DNA of 64,000 nt, from contig JBEUKZ010000096.1 in assembly GCA_048128005.1 (NCBI GenBank), forward strand, positions 372,001-436,000, read 5' to 3'. Below, piece after piece: positions 1 through 17,000 of the stretch. The notes beneath the pieces were generated by a model. The model worked only from the letters and a program-made list of their open reading frames with translations. It searched no databases and was not told the origin of the DNA. The first letter of the stretch is position 1, and every line of letters starts with the position of its first letter. This DNA comes from Veleropilina oligotropha. Taxonomy: Eukaryota. A program made the position numbers and the translations under genes.

Positions 1-5347
<5,347 letters not shown>

Positions 5348-7191
5348 AAATGGTGCATTGTTATATTTTGCTCAAAACTGCCTACCAGTGCTGTGTATGT
5401 ACTGGATCACTGTTGTATGTAGCCTTATTTATTGTTACAAAACCTGGGAAAGAAAATTTTAGTTATGTCAGTCATTAGATTGTAGAGACAAGAACATTGG
5501 GTACTAGTAGTTGCTTAATTATATGTGTCGCAGCATTTTAGTGGTCGTGTATATGAATCTGGATGCAGAAGTTGGTTGCTCAACTCTTGTCACAGTGAGA
5601 TTACTTTGGGCAATGGATATATGTTCATCGTTTGCCTTGGCTCATCCTGTGAGTTGGGAATGACAGAATTGCCAGTTATATAGTCATAGCACTATCAAAA
5701 CATATTGATTGATAATGCTCCCAAGAGACAACAGGAATGGGTTCGAATCTAGATTGAGACAATGGCGTTATTTGTTCTGTTATGAATAACAGTGTCCGTA
5801 CCTGGTCGGAGATGGCGGGTTTCCCTGGGCGAACAGACTTTCGTCCTGCGATAATATGTCCTGATCTGAACCTAATGGTTGTAAATATACAGGACATTGA
5901 GCATCGATTCAATCCAAAATGGCAATGACAGGAATTGGCAGTTAGATAATCACAGCACTATCCACGTGTATTGCTTGTAATGCTCTCAAAGGCATCGGGA
6001 TGTGATATTTCAGCTGAAGCAAGCACGAAACCTTGGAGGTAACTGTGAAATCGCAAGATCGATCATCATAATCTCCGCACATGGATCAACACTTAAAACC
6101 TGTGACTGTATCTTTGCAGGATTTACTGTTTCAAACCATACAAATATATTTAGTTAGTGATTTGTTTATTTGGAATGAGGTGAATACGGCAGCTAAATTG
6201 CCAGTAACAAGCAGCCGAGGTAAAAATCTTACAGGTTCACCAGTCCTTGAGCAACTGCCGCAAGGAATAATCTTATATATGTCTCGGTTCACCCAGCCTA
6301 CCTAGTTGGTGTGATAAGTAGTCGTAGCGACCGCCAGTTGCAGCTTGATTGTAATACTCTTATAGAAAGCTAAGATGGATTCTGGTTTGAACAGTCCAAT
6401 AAAAACCAGGGACAATAATGTGACAACGACTGCGAAAATGCACTGCGCATGGATATAGCAAAATATAAAACTATGAATCATTATTAGCCATGTCCATATA
6501 ACGCCTCTAATATATTTATGACGTAGACATTTAAAAGCTCATTTTGCCGTCTTCATTAAATTGTTCATGTCTGTTTTGTGATGGTTGCTATTTGTTAATA
6601 TGTATATACTTGTTAGGGAAAATATTAAATATCTACATTGTAAATATGGAAGTAAAATACTTATGACTTGTAAGTTGTACATACTGTATGATATATTGGA
6701 GTATATTGTAAATAAATATTTATTTATGTGTAATTAAGAGGTTTATACATGTACTTGACCAAGGAGAGAAACACAGTTGGGAATTTGTAATAAATATATT
6801 TTTATAGCATTAACTTATTGGCGTTTTAAATTAATTATTGGATTCAGCGATTAAAAGCGGGTGAATGATTAGTTCATAATTGCAACGTGAGCTTCACTGT
6901 CCAATTTTACAATGTCCCGTTACCGTATCTTTGAACCAGCCCCGACATTACTTATAATATTAATAAAGGAGTGTACAAAAGTTGTACATGTAGTAGAGGT
7001 CCTAACTTACATAGTCAAAAATCATTGACGTATGGAGATTTCCTTAGTTCAATCAAGACTGCATCACTGTCATTCGACGATAGGTCACACACATTAAACA
7101 AGTGATTGCCACTATGTGGTGATTGTTCCACGCCCACAGTATTGACCGCATCGTAAGTCTTGAGATACTATACTACATCTAAAGTTACCAA

Positions 7192-9226
7192 TTTTTGGCC
7201 CGCCTTCTAATATAAAGGCAGGGCTATAGCCGTGTACTGGCGTCCGTCGTCCGTCCGTCGTCCGTCGCCTGATGCTTTCTGTCACATAGAAGATGAACCG
7301 CTGGACCTACAGCTTTCATCTTGGGTATGCACCTTGTATACCATCAGGCCTAGCCCAAGTTCAAAGATGGGGTCGCTGGGTCAAAGGTCAAGGTCATTTT
7401 CGTGTATTTCCGTTCTGGCACTTCGAAAATTGCTTTCTGTCACATAGAAGATGAACCGCTGGACCTACAGCTTTCATCTTGGGTATGCACCTTGTATACC
7501 ATCAGGCCTAGCCCAAGTTCAAAGATGGGGTCGCTGGATCAAAGGTCAAGGTCATTTTCGTGTATTTCCGTTCTGGCACTTCGAAGATTGCTTTCTGTCA
7601 CATAGAAGATGAACCGCTAGACCTACAGCTTTCATCTTGGGTATGCTCCTTGTATACCATCAGGCCTAGCCCAAGTTCAAAGATGGGGTCGCTGGGTCAA
7701 AGGTCAAGGTCATTTTCGTGTATTTCCGTTCTGGCACTTCGAAGATTGCTTTCTGTCACATAGAAGATGAACCGCTGGACCGACAGCTTTCATCTTGGGT
7801 ATGCACCTTGTATACCATCAGCCCTAGCCCAAGTTCAAAGATGGGGTCGCTGGGTCAAAGGTCAAGGTCATTTTCGTGTATTTCCGTTCTGGCACTTCGA
7901 AGATTGCTTTCTGTCACATAGAAGATGAACCGCTGGACCTACAGCTTTCATCTTGGGTATGCACCTTGTATACCATCAGGCCTAGCCCAAGTTCAAAGAT
8001 GGGGTCGCTGGGTCAAAGGTCAAGGTCATTTTCGTGTATTTCCGTTCTGGCACTTCGAAGATTGCTTTCTGTCACATAGAAGATGAACCGCTGGACCGAC
8101 AGCTTTCATCTTGGGTATGCACCTTGTATACCATCAGCCCTAGCCCAAGTTCAAAGATGGGGTCGCTGGGTCAAAGGTCAAGGTCATTTTCGTGTATTTC
8201 CGTTCTGGCACTTCGAAGATTGCTTTCTGTCACATAGAAGATGAACCGCTGGACCTACAGCTTTCATCGTGGGTAGGCGCCTTGTATACCATCAGCCCTA
8301 GCCCAAGTTCAAAGATGGGGTCGCTGGGTCAAGGTCATTTTCGTGTATTTCCGTTCTGGCACTTCGAAATTTGCTTTCTGTCACATAGAAGATGAACCGC
8401 TGCACCTACAGCTTTCATCTTGGGTATGCACCTTGTATACCATCAGGCCTAGCCCAAGTTCAAAGATGGGGTCGCTGGATCAAAGGTCAAGGTCATTTTC
8501 GTGTATTACCGTTCTGGCACTTCGAAGATTGCTTTCTGTCACATAGAAGATGAACCGCTGGACCTACAGCTTTCATCTTGGGTATGCACCTTATATACCA
8601 TCAGGCCTAGCCCAAGTTCAAAGATGGGGTCGCTGGGTCAAAGGTCAAGGTCATTTTCGTGTATTTCCGTTCTGGCACTTCGAAGATTGCTTTCTGTCAC
8701 ATAGAAGATGAACCGCTGGACCTACAGCTTTCATCTTGGGTATGCACCTTGTATACCATCAGGCCTAGCCCAAGTTCAAAGATGGGGTCGCTGGGTCAAA
8801 GGTCAAGGTCATTTTCGTGTATTTCCGTTCTGGCACTTCGAAGATTGCTTTCTGTCACATAGAAGATGAACCGCTGGACCTACAGCTTACATCTTGGGTA
8901 TGCACCTTGTATACCATCAGGCCTAGCCCAAGTTCAAAGATGGGGTCGCTGGGTCAAAGGTCAAGGTCATTTTCGTGTATTTCCGTTCTGGCACTTCGAA
9001 GATTGCTTTCTGTCACATAGAAGATGAACCGCTGGACCTACAGCTTTCATCTTGGGTATGCACCTTGTATACCATCAGGCCTTGGTTAAGTTCAAAAATG
9101 GAGTCTCTGGGTCAAAGGTCAAGGTCATTTTCGTCCACTTTGAAGATATAGAGTTATTGATTATTTTCCTCTCTATGGATTTATATATCCAAAAGGCGGG
9201 CCTGTATGAGGATTATACCTCTAGTT
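7192..9226 (+). mobile_element. HINE-like element carrying a 158-bp tandem array
   Basis: Subterminal IR ggcccgcctt / aaggcgggcc, GTCC microsatellite, 3' ctagtt. Confidence 0.72.
7273..9140 (+). repeat. Tandem array of ~12 x 158 bp
   Basis: A unit starting tgctttctgtcacatagaagatg recurs every 158 nt; one unit has a 7-nt deletion near 8330. Confidence 0.95.
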
Positions 9227-9409
9227 ATAAATTGATGTGGATGGTTGAACTGTGAACTGAGAAAGCCAGCTCATATTTTACTTGATTTACATGCTGCATG
9301 TGATGTCATTGATCATAAGATACTCTTGATCGCCTCCGTTGCTAATAGGGAATTCCAGGAATTGTCCTAGAATGGTTTAAATGGACATCAAAAATGTGAA
9401 CAATGGACA

Positions 9410-10310
9410 TCTGATGTCACAATTTTCATTTCTCTAACCGCTTTTGTTGCAAACGATATTAAAACTGCACATATATCTTATTAAACTTAAATATATTATT
9501 GATTTTGTAGGGATGGGACCAGGTATGGTGTAAGTGCACCCTCTCCACATACCACCCCCCCCCCCCCACGATCCCATGTTTTATGGATTGGGGTTGAATC
9601 ACGGAACCCTACTTTTTCATTGTAATGTGGAAGCGACTACAATATTTCAGCTTGTACAAGTTATATATATACAAAAATAAGAGTACATAACGCCTTATAT
9701 GCATGAATTAATATGTTTCTAGCATTCTACATTATCCCAGCTTTCAATTGATACCAGAAACAAAATCATATTTGATACTGTATCTCACAAATACCCCCGG
9801 TTCATCGAAAATGTTCGCCAGATGCCACAATTTTTTTTTTTTCTAACCGCTTCTGTTGCAAACTAGACTAGAACTATTTATATCTTATTTTAATATATTA
9901 TTGGTTTGAGGAAAAAGGATAAGGTATGGTGTATATGCACCCCCCCCCCCCCCCCCCACACACACATACAACCGTCCGACCCCATAATTTTTCTGGACCT
10001 CTGGGGTCCCCTGAGCCATACTTCACGGTTTATATAAAAAATGCATACATCAAAGGAAATCTTATCATCTTATAATTATCATAAAATGTTCATATGGCAG
10101 ATTTAATGGATTATTGCTTGTCGTAACTGGGGTTGAATAGCAATATTACCCCACTTTTCTCATCGTAATGCGGAAATGACTAAAATATTTCAGCTTGTAG
10201 TTATGTATATAAAATAAGAGTACATAACATCTTATATGCATGAGTAAATAATTTTCTGACATAATTCATTCTGCATTATCCCAGCTTTCATTTGATATCA
10301 CAATAGCCTC
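9410..10310 (+). repeat. Diverged two-copy tandem duplication (~400-480 bp)
   Basis: The blocks ctaaccgctt..gttgcaaac, ggggttgaat and cattatcccagctttca each occur twice in the same order. Confidence 0.65.
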
Positions 10311-10336
10311 AAATCCCCTTTTGTTACAGTATACAT

Positions 10337-11500
10337 ATCACGGATATCGCCAGTTCATGATGGTGTTAGCCTTCTCGTGCCGTTGGTTGAGTTCGACACT
10401 GAGTGAGAGGCTGTTGCTAATGGTAGACCCCAGGTAGATAAAGCTGTCTCCGTCTACAAGGATAACGTTGTGGATGGTGATGGGGGGGGGGGGGGGGGGG
10501 GGTGGAGGATTAGTGACATTTTGTACCATGACGCTCGTCTTCAAGCCAATAGTGAGCTCAAACTACTTGCATGGATCAGCAAAGCGGTCGCTTGGTCTTT
10601 GGGGGGAATCCTCGGTGTGGCCCACGAGGCTGCATCTTCGGCGAAAAGCATCTCCTGATGAGTACCATCCCGACCTTGGTCTTCGAACGCAGTCGTGTCA
10701 GATTGAGTAACTTCCCATCCGACCTGGTTTGCAGAATGACGCCGCCAGTGGACGATTTGAAGGCATATGTCAGGATGACGGAAAACTATCCAGAAGAGGG
10801 TCTGCGCTAGCAAGCAGCCTTGCTTGGCTCTGTTGCTGATGGGGAAGGAGCCTGAGGAGAAACCATCATATGGGACTGCTCTCGTCATGTCAGCGTGGAA
10901 TGAGATCACCATGCAGGATGATGCTGTGCAGCTTTGTGTTCTGCCCATCTTCCTGGGGAGTTCACATAAGACCTTCCTGCTGACAAGGTCGAAACAGCAT
11001 CATATAAAGCGACTGGCCTTGTTCTCTACTCTTCCCCTGAGCTGGCGGAGGGAGAAGATCATGTCGGTCGTCGATCTGTCTGCCTTGGGACTCTGGGTAG
11101 ATGCGGTTCACAAGTATCTGCAGTATATTGAGGAGGACGCGGCCATACACTTTGCCAACAATGCTCAGTGGGGATATTCCTCTGTATATAGTTGTTGACG
11201 TTGGTGCGATCACCATTATTCTTGTAGCTCCTCACGATGGGCCATAGCATTCCGCATGTCTTGGGAGGACTGCTCCTTTATCCCAGCAGACACAGAGAAG
11301 GAACAAAAGCAGGTCAGGTTTTACATTTAGTGGCTTCAAGTTGGATGTTGTCGCTCCATGGAGTATTTACCAATGGGAAGGCGTCCATGACATCGCTCGG
11401 CTCTTCTAGTGATGGTACCTCATCCGGATCCTCCATGATGGGCAATTCTTTTTTATGTTAAGGGCGGCGTCTGAGATCAACGTTTCACGAGAATACAGTA
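10337..11500 (-). mobile_element. Degraded RTE-clade LINE reverse transcriptase fragment
   Basis: Frameshifted RT motifs NYRGISPLSIVGKVYGRVLL..YPESQ, KQGCLLAQTLF, EMLFAEDAA, FIYLGSTIS. Confidence 0.8.
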
Positions 11501-11583
11501 ACCCATCTGGTCATCTGTTTCTCTCGGTCGTTGATCTCTTCTCCATTCAGAGATCGGAGAGGGGGGGGGGGGGGGGTGATGCC

Positions 11584-12647
11584 TAAAGCCCAGTTCTCAC
11601 CTCCACGGTTCTCTGTACGGATGTCTACGGTGCAACTACTACGGCAAACCGTGATGTTCCGTACACATTTTATTACTTTTTTATGAACTACCACGGCAGT
11701 ACTACGGTTATTGATGACAGTCGACATGAACTTACGACGTACCTACGGCATTCCACGACAAGCGTACGGTGAGGACCACGGAACTGTTACGGTACTTCAC
11801 GGTCTGTCTACGGCATGCCACGACATCATACGCCTTTCTACGGTCAACCGTACTGAGCGTACGGTTGTCTCACGGTATTGTACGGTTGTCTATGTTTGCC
11901 TACGGCGTACCGTACAAGTCTACGATGATTCACGATCGTCTACGGTGCACTTGTCTAGTGAATATTTAAAGGCTCTCCCTTTATTCACCATCTCATTCTA
12001 CCGACGTCCCCCACACATATCCCTATACAAGGTCCCATTGTAGATATAGCTCGTGTATCGTCGAAAGTTGTTGGCTAAAAGAGGGAAGAAGTTGTGCAGC
12101 CTGTCTTTTATACCCTTCAGACATCATGTTTCGCCGTCCGCCGTAGACAGTCGTTGTGGCACCGTTGACACACCTTAGCAATTGAGCCGTAGAGATGATT
12201 CCGTGGTAACACTGTGACCTCAACCGTAGCAAACCGCCGACATTCGTCATCAAATCTTACTCTACCGTAGTGACACCATAGAGGAATCGTAGGCACACCG
12301 TAGCGTTACTGTAGCAAGTCGTGATAAAACGTAGTCTGCCACGACGAACCGTGAAGGCAATGAATGTACGGTTCATCACGAATCAGTCTACGACCTTCGA
12401 CGACGACCCACGGTGCTTCTACGCCAACCTACGGACAATACAACGCCGTAGCGACACCGTGATGGTTTTGTGCATGCACAAAATTTGACCGTTTTGTACT
12501 GTTCTTCACGGTGAACGACGGAATAGTACGGTCACTCACGGCCTGATCAATCTACGACGCTTCACGGATCATCCCGGTTGGCCACGGTGAGCTGAACCGT
12601 ATACAGCGATCCGTAGTGCGAACCGTGTAGGTGAGAACTGGGCTTTA
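11584..12647. mobile_element. Non-autonomous TIR DNA transposon (PIF/Harbinger-like)
   Basis: TIR taaagcccagttctcacct / aggtgagaactgggcttta; interior dense in YACGG/CCGTR. Confidence 0.7.
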
Positions 12648-13256
12648 CACGCCACGGACGGCCTATGACAATCGTTTTGCAATTGCACATGCCGCAAATG
12701 TTGCTAGAATCTGCACTGCCCTATATATTCCTTCGAAAAGTTGCCTATATATCTCCCCGAAAGTATATATATAATTATGTCTTGTAATTGTGAATATACC
12801 ATTGCGGGGGCTATTGATGGCCATGTCTTCTTGTTCGTAAAGAAGGTAAGAAAGTTAGTATCTGATAAATGTCTTCCTGCATTAAATGTTCACAAATTGT
12901 GTATTGAAATTCCTTGTGTGAAATAATAGCAAGGGCAATAACTCTGTCAATAATTGCCGTGAAAAAGGCTCCAGTTCGTAAAAATAAGTTGAGCGGCTTC
13001 TGAGATATGCTCCAGAAAAGATCATTTGCACGGGCTGACGGAAGCCCGTACGCACGGACGGTTTGCATTTTAATATTCCCAACAATGATTTTTGGCAGCT
13101 ATATAAGGCCTTTAGAACAATTTAATTCATTAACGAAGGAAATAAATTTAGTGTCTCAGAAATGTTTTCTTGCATTACATTTTTGCAAATTATTAAACTA
13201 GTGAAATTATCTAAAAGTCGAGTGTGCGTTTCTTATTTGGTTGAGTGTATACATGT

Positions 13257-13676
13257 CGGGCGCGGATCCAGGAATTTCGCTTAGGGGGGGCGCTGAATTT
13301 ACTATCAACTGTTCGCGTGGGGCCCCAGAAAGAAAATTTTGAGAATCAACAGCCTGAAACCCCCTCTCCTGCACTCTGACAGGGCAAAAGCGATATTTCA
13401 TTCTAACTTTTTATGAACCACCGTCACTCAAATAGCACGAGTCAAATTTTTATTTTATTTTGTCATAATCGAATTGTCCGCGTGGGGTCGGCGCCCCACG
13501 CGCAAGATTTTTTTTATAATTAACGATGTGATATCCCCCCTCCTGTATTATTACATTGCAACAGCCTATTTATAATGTTCTGAAAGTCATTTGTTTCAGA
13601 TTATACATATTATTTTAGTATGCTTGGCCAACTTTAGGGGGGGGGGGGGGCGCGCCCCCCCCTGGATCCGCGCCTG
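13257..13676. mobile_element. MITE with GC-rich TIRs
   Basis: cgggcgcggatccagg...cctggatccgcgcctg, flanked by catgt on both sides. Confidence 0.7.
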
Positions 13677-14039
13677 CATGTGTCTAGCTACTGCTACAGT
13701 CAATAAATATTCGTCAAACGAGCAAAGGTGTCAATTCGTTATTTGCGCTGCGCGATTCGCGAATGGTTGCACGAATTCGTAACTTGTGCAGCTCGATATG
13801 CTAAACGCGCAGATTCGCAATAAGCGCGTGACACGTACATTATAGATAACAGATAACCAAAAAGGGTTTGCGTTGTAACAATTAACAACTATACGAGTAT
13901 ATTTTTTTTACTATTTTTCGGTTATTAAATTTAATCAAAATATAGAAAATCTCCCCGAATACCCATCACATTCGATCGAAAAGAACAACTGACCATGTGA
14001 AGGGAGATAACTGTGCCGCGATATTGAACTCCTGACAAG

Positions 14040-14065
14040 ATGGCCGTCCATGAATCGCTTCGATT
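14040..14065 (+). CDS. SACM1L: SAC1 exon 1 (start codon)
   Basis: caag[14 protein letters not shown](L)|gtaagt; phase 2 joins exon 2 to give LHITSEKF. Confidence 0.85.
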
Positions 14066-17000
14066 GTAAGTGGGCGTCTTGCTGATCTGTTTGTACACGC
14101 GCTGCAGTGTTATATTTATTAAGCATCATTGGCAAGACACTCCAATATAATTATAGGTGCTGTATTGGTAGTTCCACGCACCACGCGTTATCTTCGTGTT
14201 TTATCCGAACCACGATTACTGTTACAAGAGTTTATTCTATCACAAATCTCCATTCAATGTTGAATATGCAAATATGGACTGGTTTGATTTAGGTATATTA
14301 TATTCTATGGAAATTACTGTCTGTGTAACAGTAAACATGGTACGGTTGTCGCTTACAATACCGGTATTGAAATGAATATTCGTCTGCGCTAATCGCGAAT
14401 TTGTCCTATATAATACAGTCTGCTTATCGTTCGCCTGTTTACGATTGGCGATTACCGCATATCTCTTGCTGTATAATGTAGTCTGCTTAACGTTCATCTG
14501 TTTACGATCGACAATTCGCGCAGATGTAATAATGCTATAATCATATAATGTAGTCTGATTATCGTTGATCTGTTTACGATCGACGATTAACGCAGATGTA
14601 TATATGCAGCCGTGGTACAGTGGTAGGTGCACTGGCCTCTCATCGAGAGGTTTGGGTTCAACCCCGATCCCGGCGACTTCCCTTGGGCAAGGAATTAAGC
14701 ATATAGGTTCATCCAGCCGACTTAAGTGGGTACCTGGGGCGCGTTGCTTTCATTAAACCGTTTGCAATCGGTAATGGTTATTACGTAGCAGCATAGCGGT
14801 TGACAAAGCAACGACATAACGTCAAAAGCGATTGATAACATGGCGTCATTAAGGAAAAAAGGTGTTACTTTTAGGTGAATATTTATTAAATGAACGAGCA
14901 TATGAAGAAAACATACAAAACCATGAGGAATTAGCGTACGTTGTATTTTGGGATATCAGATTTGCTCATCATTCATTCCATTGGCAATGATACGTTTAGT
15001 GAGCTAGCGATGCCCTCGACGTGTACTTGACGCCATTGTTGATTGTAAACGTAGCGCAAAGAGTTCACGCTACCAATAGCTATGCATCGCTAGGTAACCG
15101 TTACGTCATAGCATGACGTTGCTTTGGCAAATCGGAAAACAGTTGCTAACAGTTTAACGAAAGCAACGGGCCCCTGGTTGGCATGTTAATTAGTGGTAGC
15201 ACTCGCTAGTGGCTGCTTGACTAGTAATATTCTCAAAGAGAGCGGAGATGGGTCCATGATCAGAACAGGCCGATAAAAATCGGGGATAATAAATTGTGAC
15301 AGCGTCTGCGAGCATATATATATGGATACAGCATGATATAAATCTCCAATTATTATATTATATTGCTATACATGTATAATGTAGTCTGATTATCGTTCAT
15401 CTGTTTACGATCGACGATTAGCAAAGATGTATAAATATAAAAATTGCTTAATAATGTAGTCTGATTATCGTTCATCTGTTTATGATCGACGATTAGCGAA
15501 GATGTTTATTGCTATATAATGTAGTCGGATTATCGTTCATCTGTTTACAATCGACGATTAGCGCAGATCTTTTGCTATATTTATAATTTAATCTGCTTAT
15601 CGTTCATTTGTTTACGATTGACAATTAGCGCAGATTTCTTGATATATAATATAGACTACCTATCGTTTGTTTGTTTACGATTGACGATTAGCGCAGATCT
15701 TTTGCTATATTTATAATTTAATCTGCTTATCGTTCGTTTGTTTACGATTGACAATTAGCGCAGATTTCTTGATATATAATATAGACTACCTATCGTTTGT
15801 TTGTTTACGATTGCCGATTAGCGCAGATCTTTTGCTATATTTATAATATAATCTGCTTATCGTTCGTCTGTTTACGATTGACAATTAGCGCAGATCTCTG
15901 TTGGCAGGGCTAGAAATACAAATTTTAAATCACTGGTCCAATGGACCACCAGAAATTTTAAACACCATTAAAATTTACTGGTCATAAAGTAATGATTAAT
16001 AGCCTACATATATTATATAGGCTATAATAATAACTTTAACTAGTGTATGTGATAACAATTAATAGTAAGCGGGTATTGTAAAAAATCAGTGGTCCACTGG
16101 ACCACTATTACTATGTGTTAAAAATGACCGATTTTCTGAAATTTTGACTGATTTGAGACCAGTAAATCCATGCTTATTTCGAGCCCTGGTGGTATACATA
16201 TATAATATAGACTGTTTATCATTCGTCTGTTTAATATTGATGATTAGCGCAGTTCACTGCAGGCCTGTCTTCAATATTTTTAAATGCATATTTGTTGTTC
16301 CAGTTCACTCGTACAGAGTTGCGAAAATAGTTCACTACCAGAATGCTAGAGAGGGGTTTTCACACCTTTAATTGTGAAAAATTGTGTCCATTCATGGTCT
16401 ATTGTAAAAGTTCCTACTGTTGGACCAAAAGAAAATAGCTTCTCACGGGCCTGCTCTGTTGCTATATAATATAGTCTCAGTCTGCTTATCGTTTGTCTGT
16501 TTACGATTGACAATTAGTGTTTCAGTAGTTCTTTGTTGTTATATAATATAGTTTATATTTGAAAAGGCGAATTTTAAAAATTGAAAATGGGGCAAATGCG
16601 GAATATCCGAGTGTGTAAAACTACATAAAAATCTGTACAGTACAATTTTACTTTTCGTTTCATAAATTTGAATAAGCAATGTTGGTTTTCATAAATCAAA
16701 GCATTGGTTATAGTAAATTTCATATTATCAAAGAAGTGGTTATGAACAATCATGTTCAATGCAGTGGTATATGTCAAATCATCAAAGTTAACCAGCACTG
16801 TGTTTTATTAGTGTTAGGATGAGTGACCTGAAATCACTTCCCTTTACTATTAAGTATGTATTGTAAGTCGAGATATATCCCACTCCTCTCCAGCGAACAT
16901 GGACTACCGTGACTGATAATTACAAGTCTAAACCTTTACACAATATGACAAGTCTGACTGTCAACATGAAGAAAACTCGTTGAGATTGCAAAAGTGAAGG

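Larger units (their letters stand above)
14400..16520 (+). repeat. Interrupted ~58-60-bp minisatellite in SAC1 intron 1
   Basis: Unit tataat.tagtctg.ttatcgttc.tctgtttacgat.gacgattagcgcagat; most regular at 15375-15900. Confidence 0.85.

Noticed and set aside
7232..9255. Series of near-identical 67-aa ORFs, or a CRISPR-like array
   Set aside because: These are translations of the 158-bp tandem unit. There are no unique spacers and no cas genes, and the context is eukaryotic.
13735..14039. SAC1 core promoter (CpG-rich patch with TTCGCGAA palindrome)
   Set aside because: The position is plausible, but no transcription start or specific element can be supported from sequence alone.
14608..14680. 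tRNA gene candidates (also ~34332-34420, 63585-63655)
   Set aside because: The A/B-box-like heads run into SINE bodies and do not form a clean cloverleaf.
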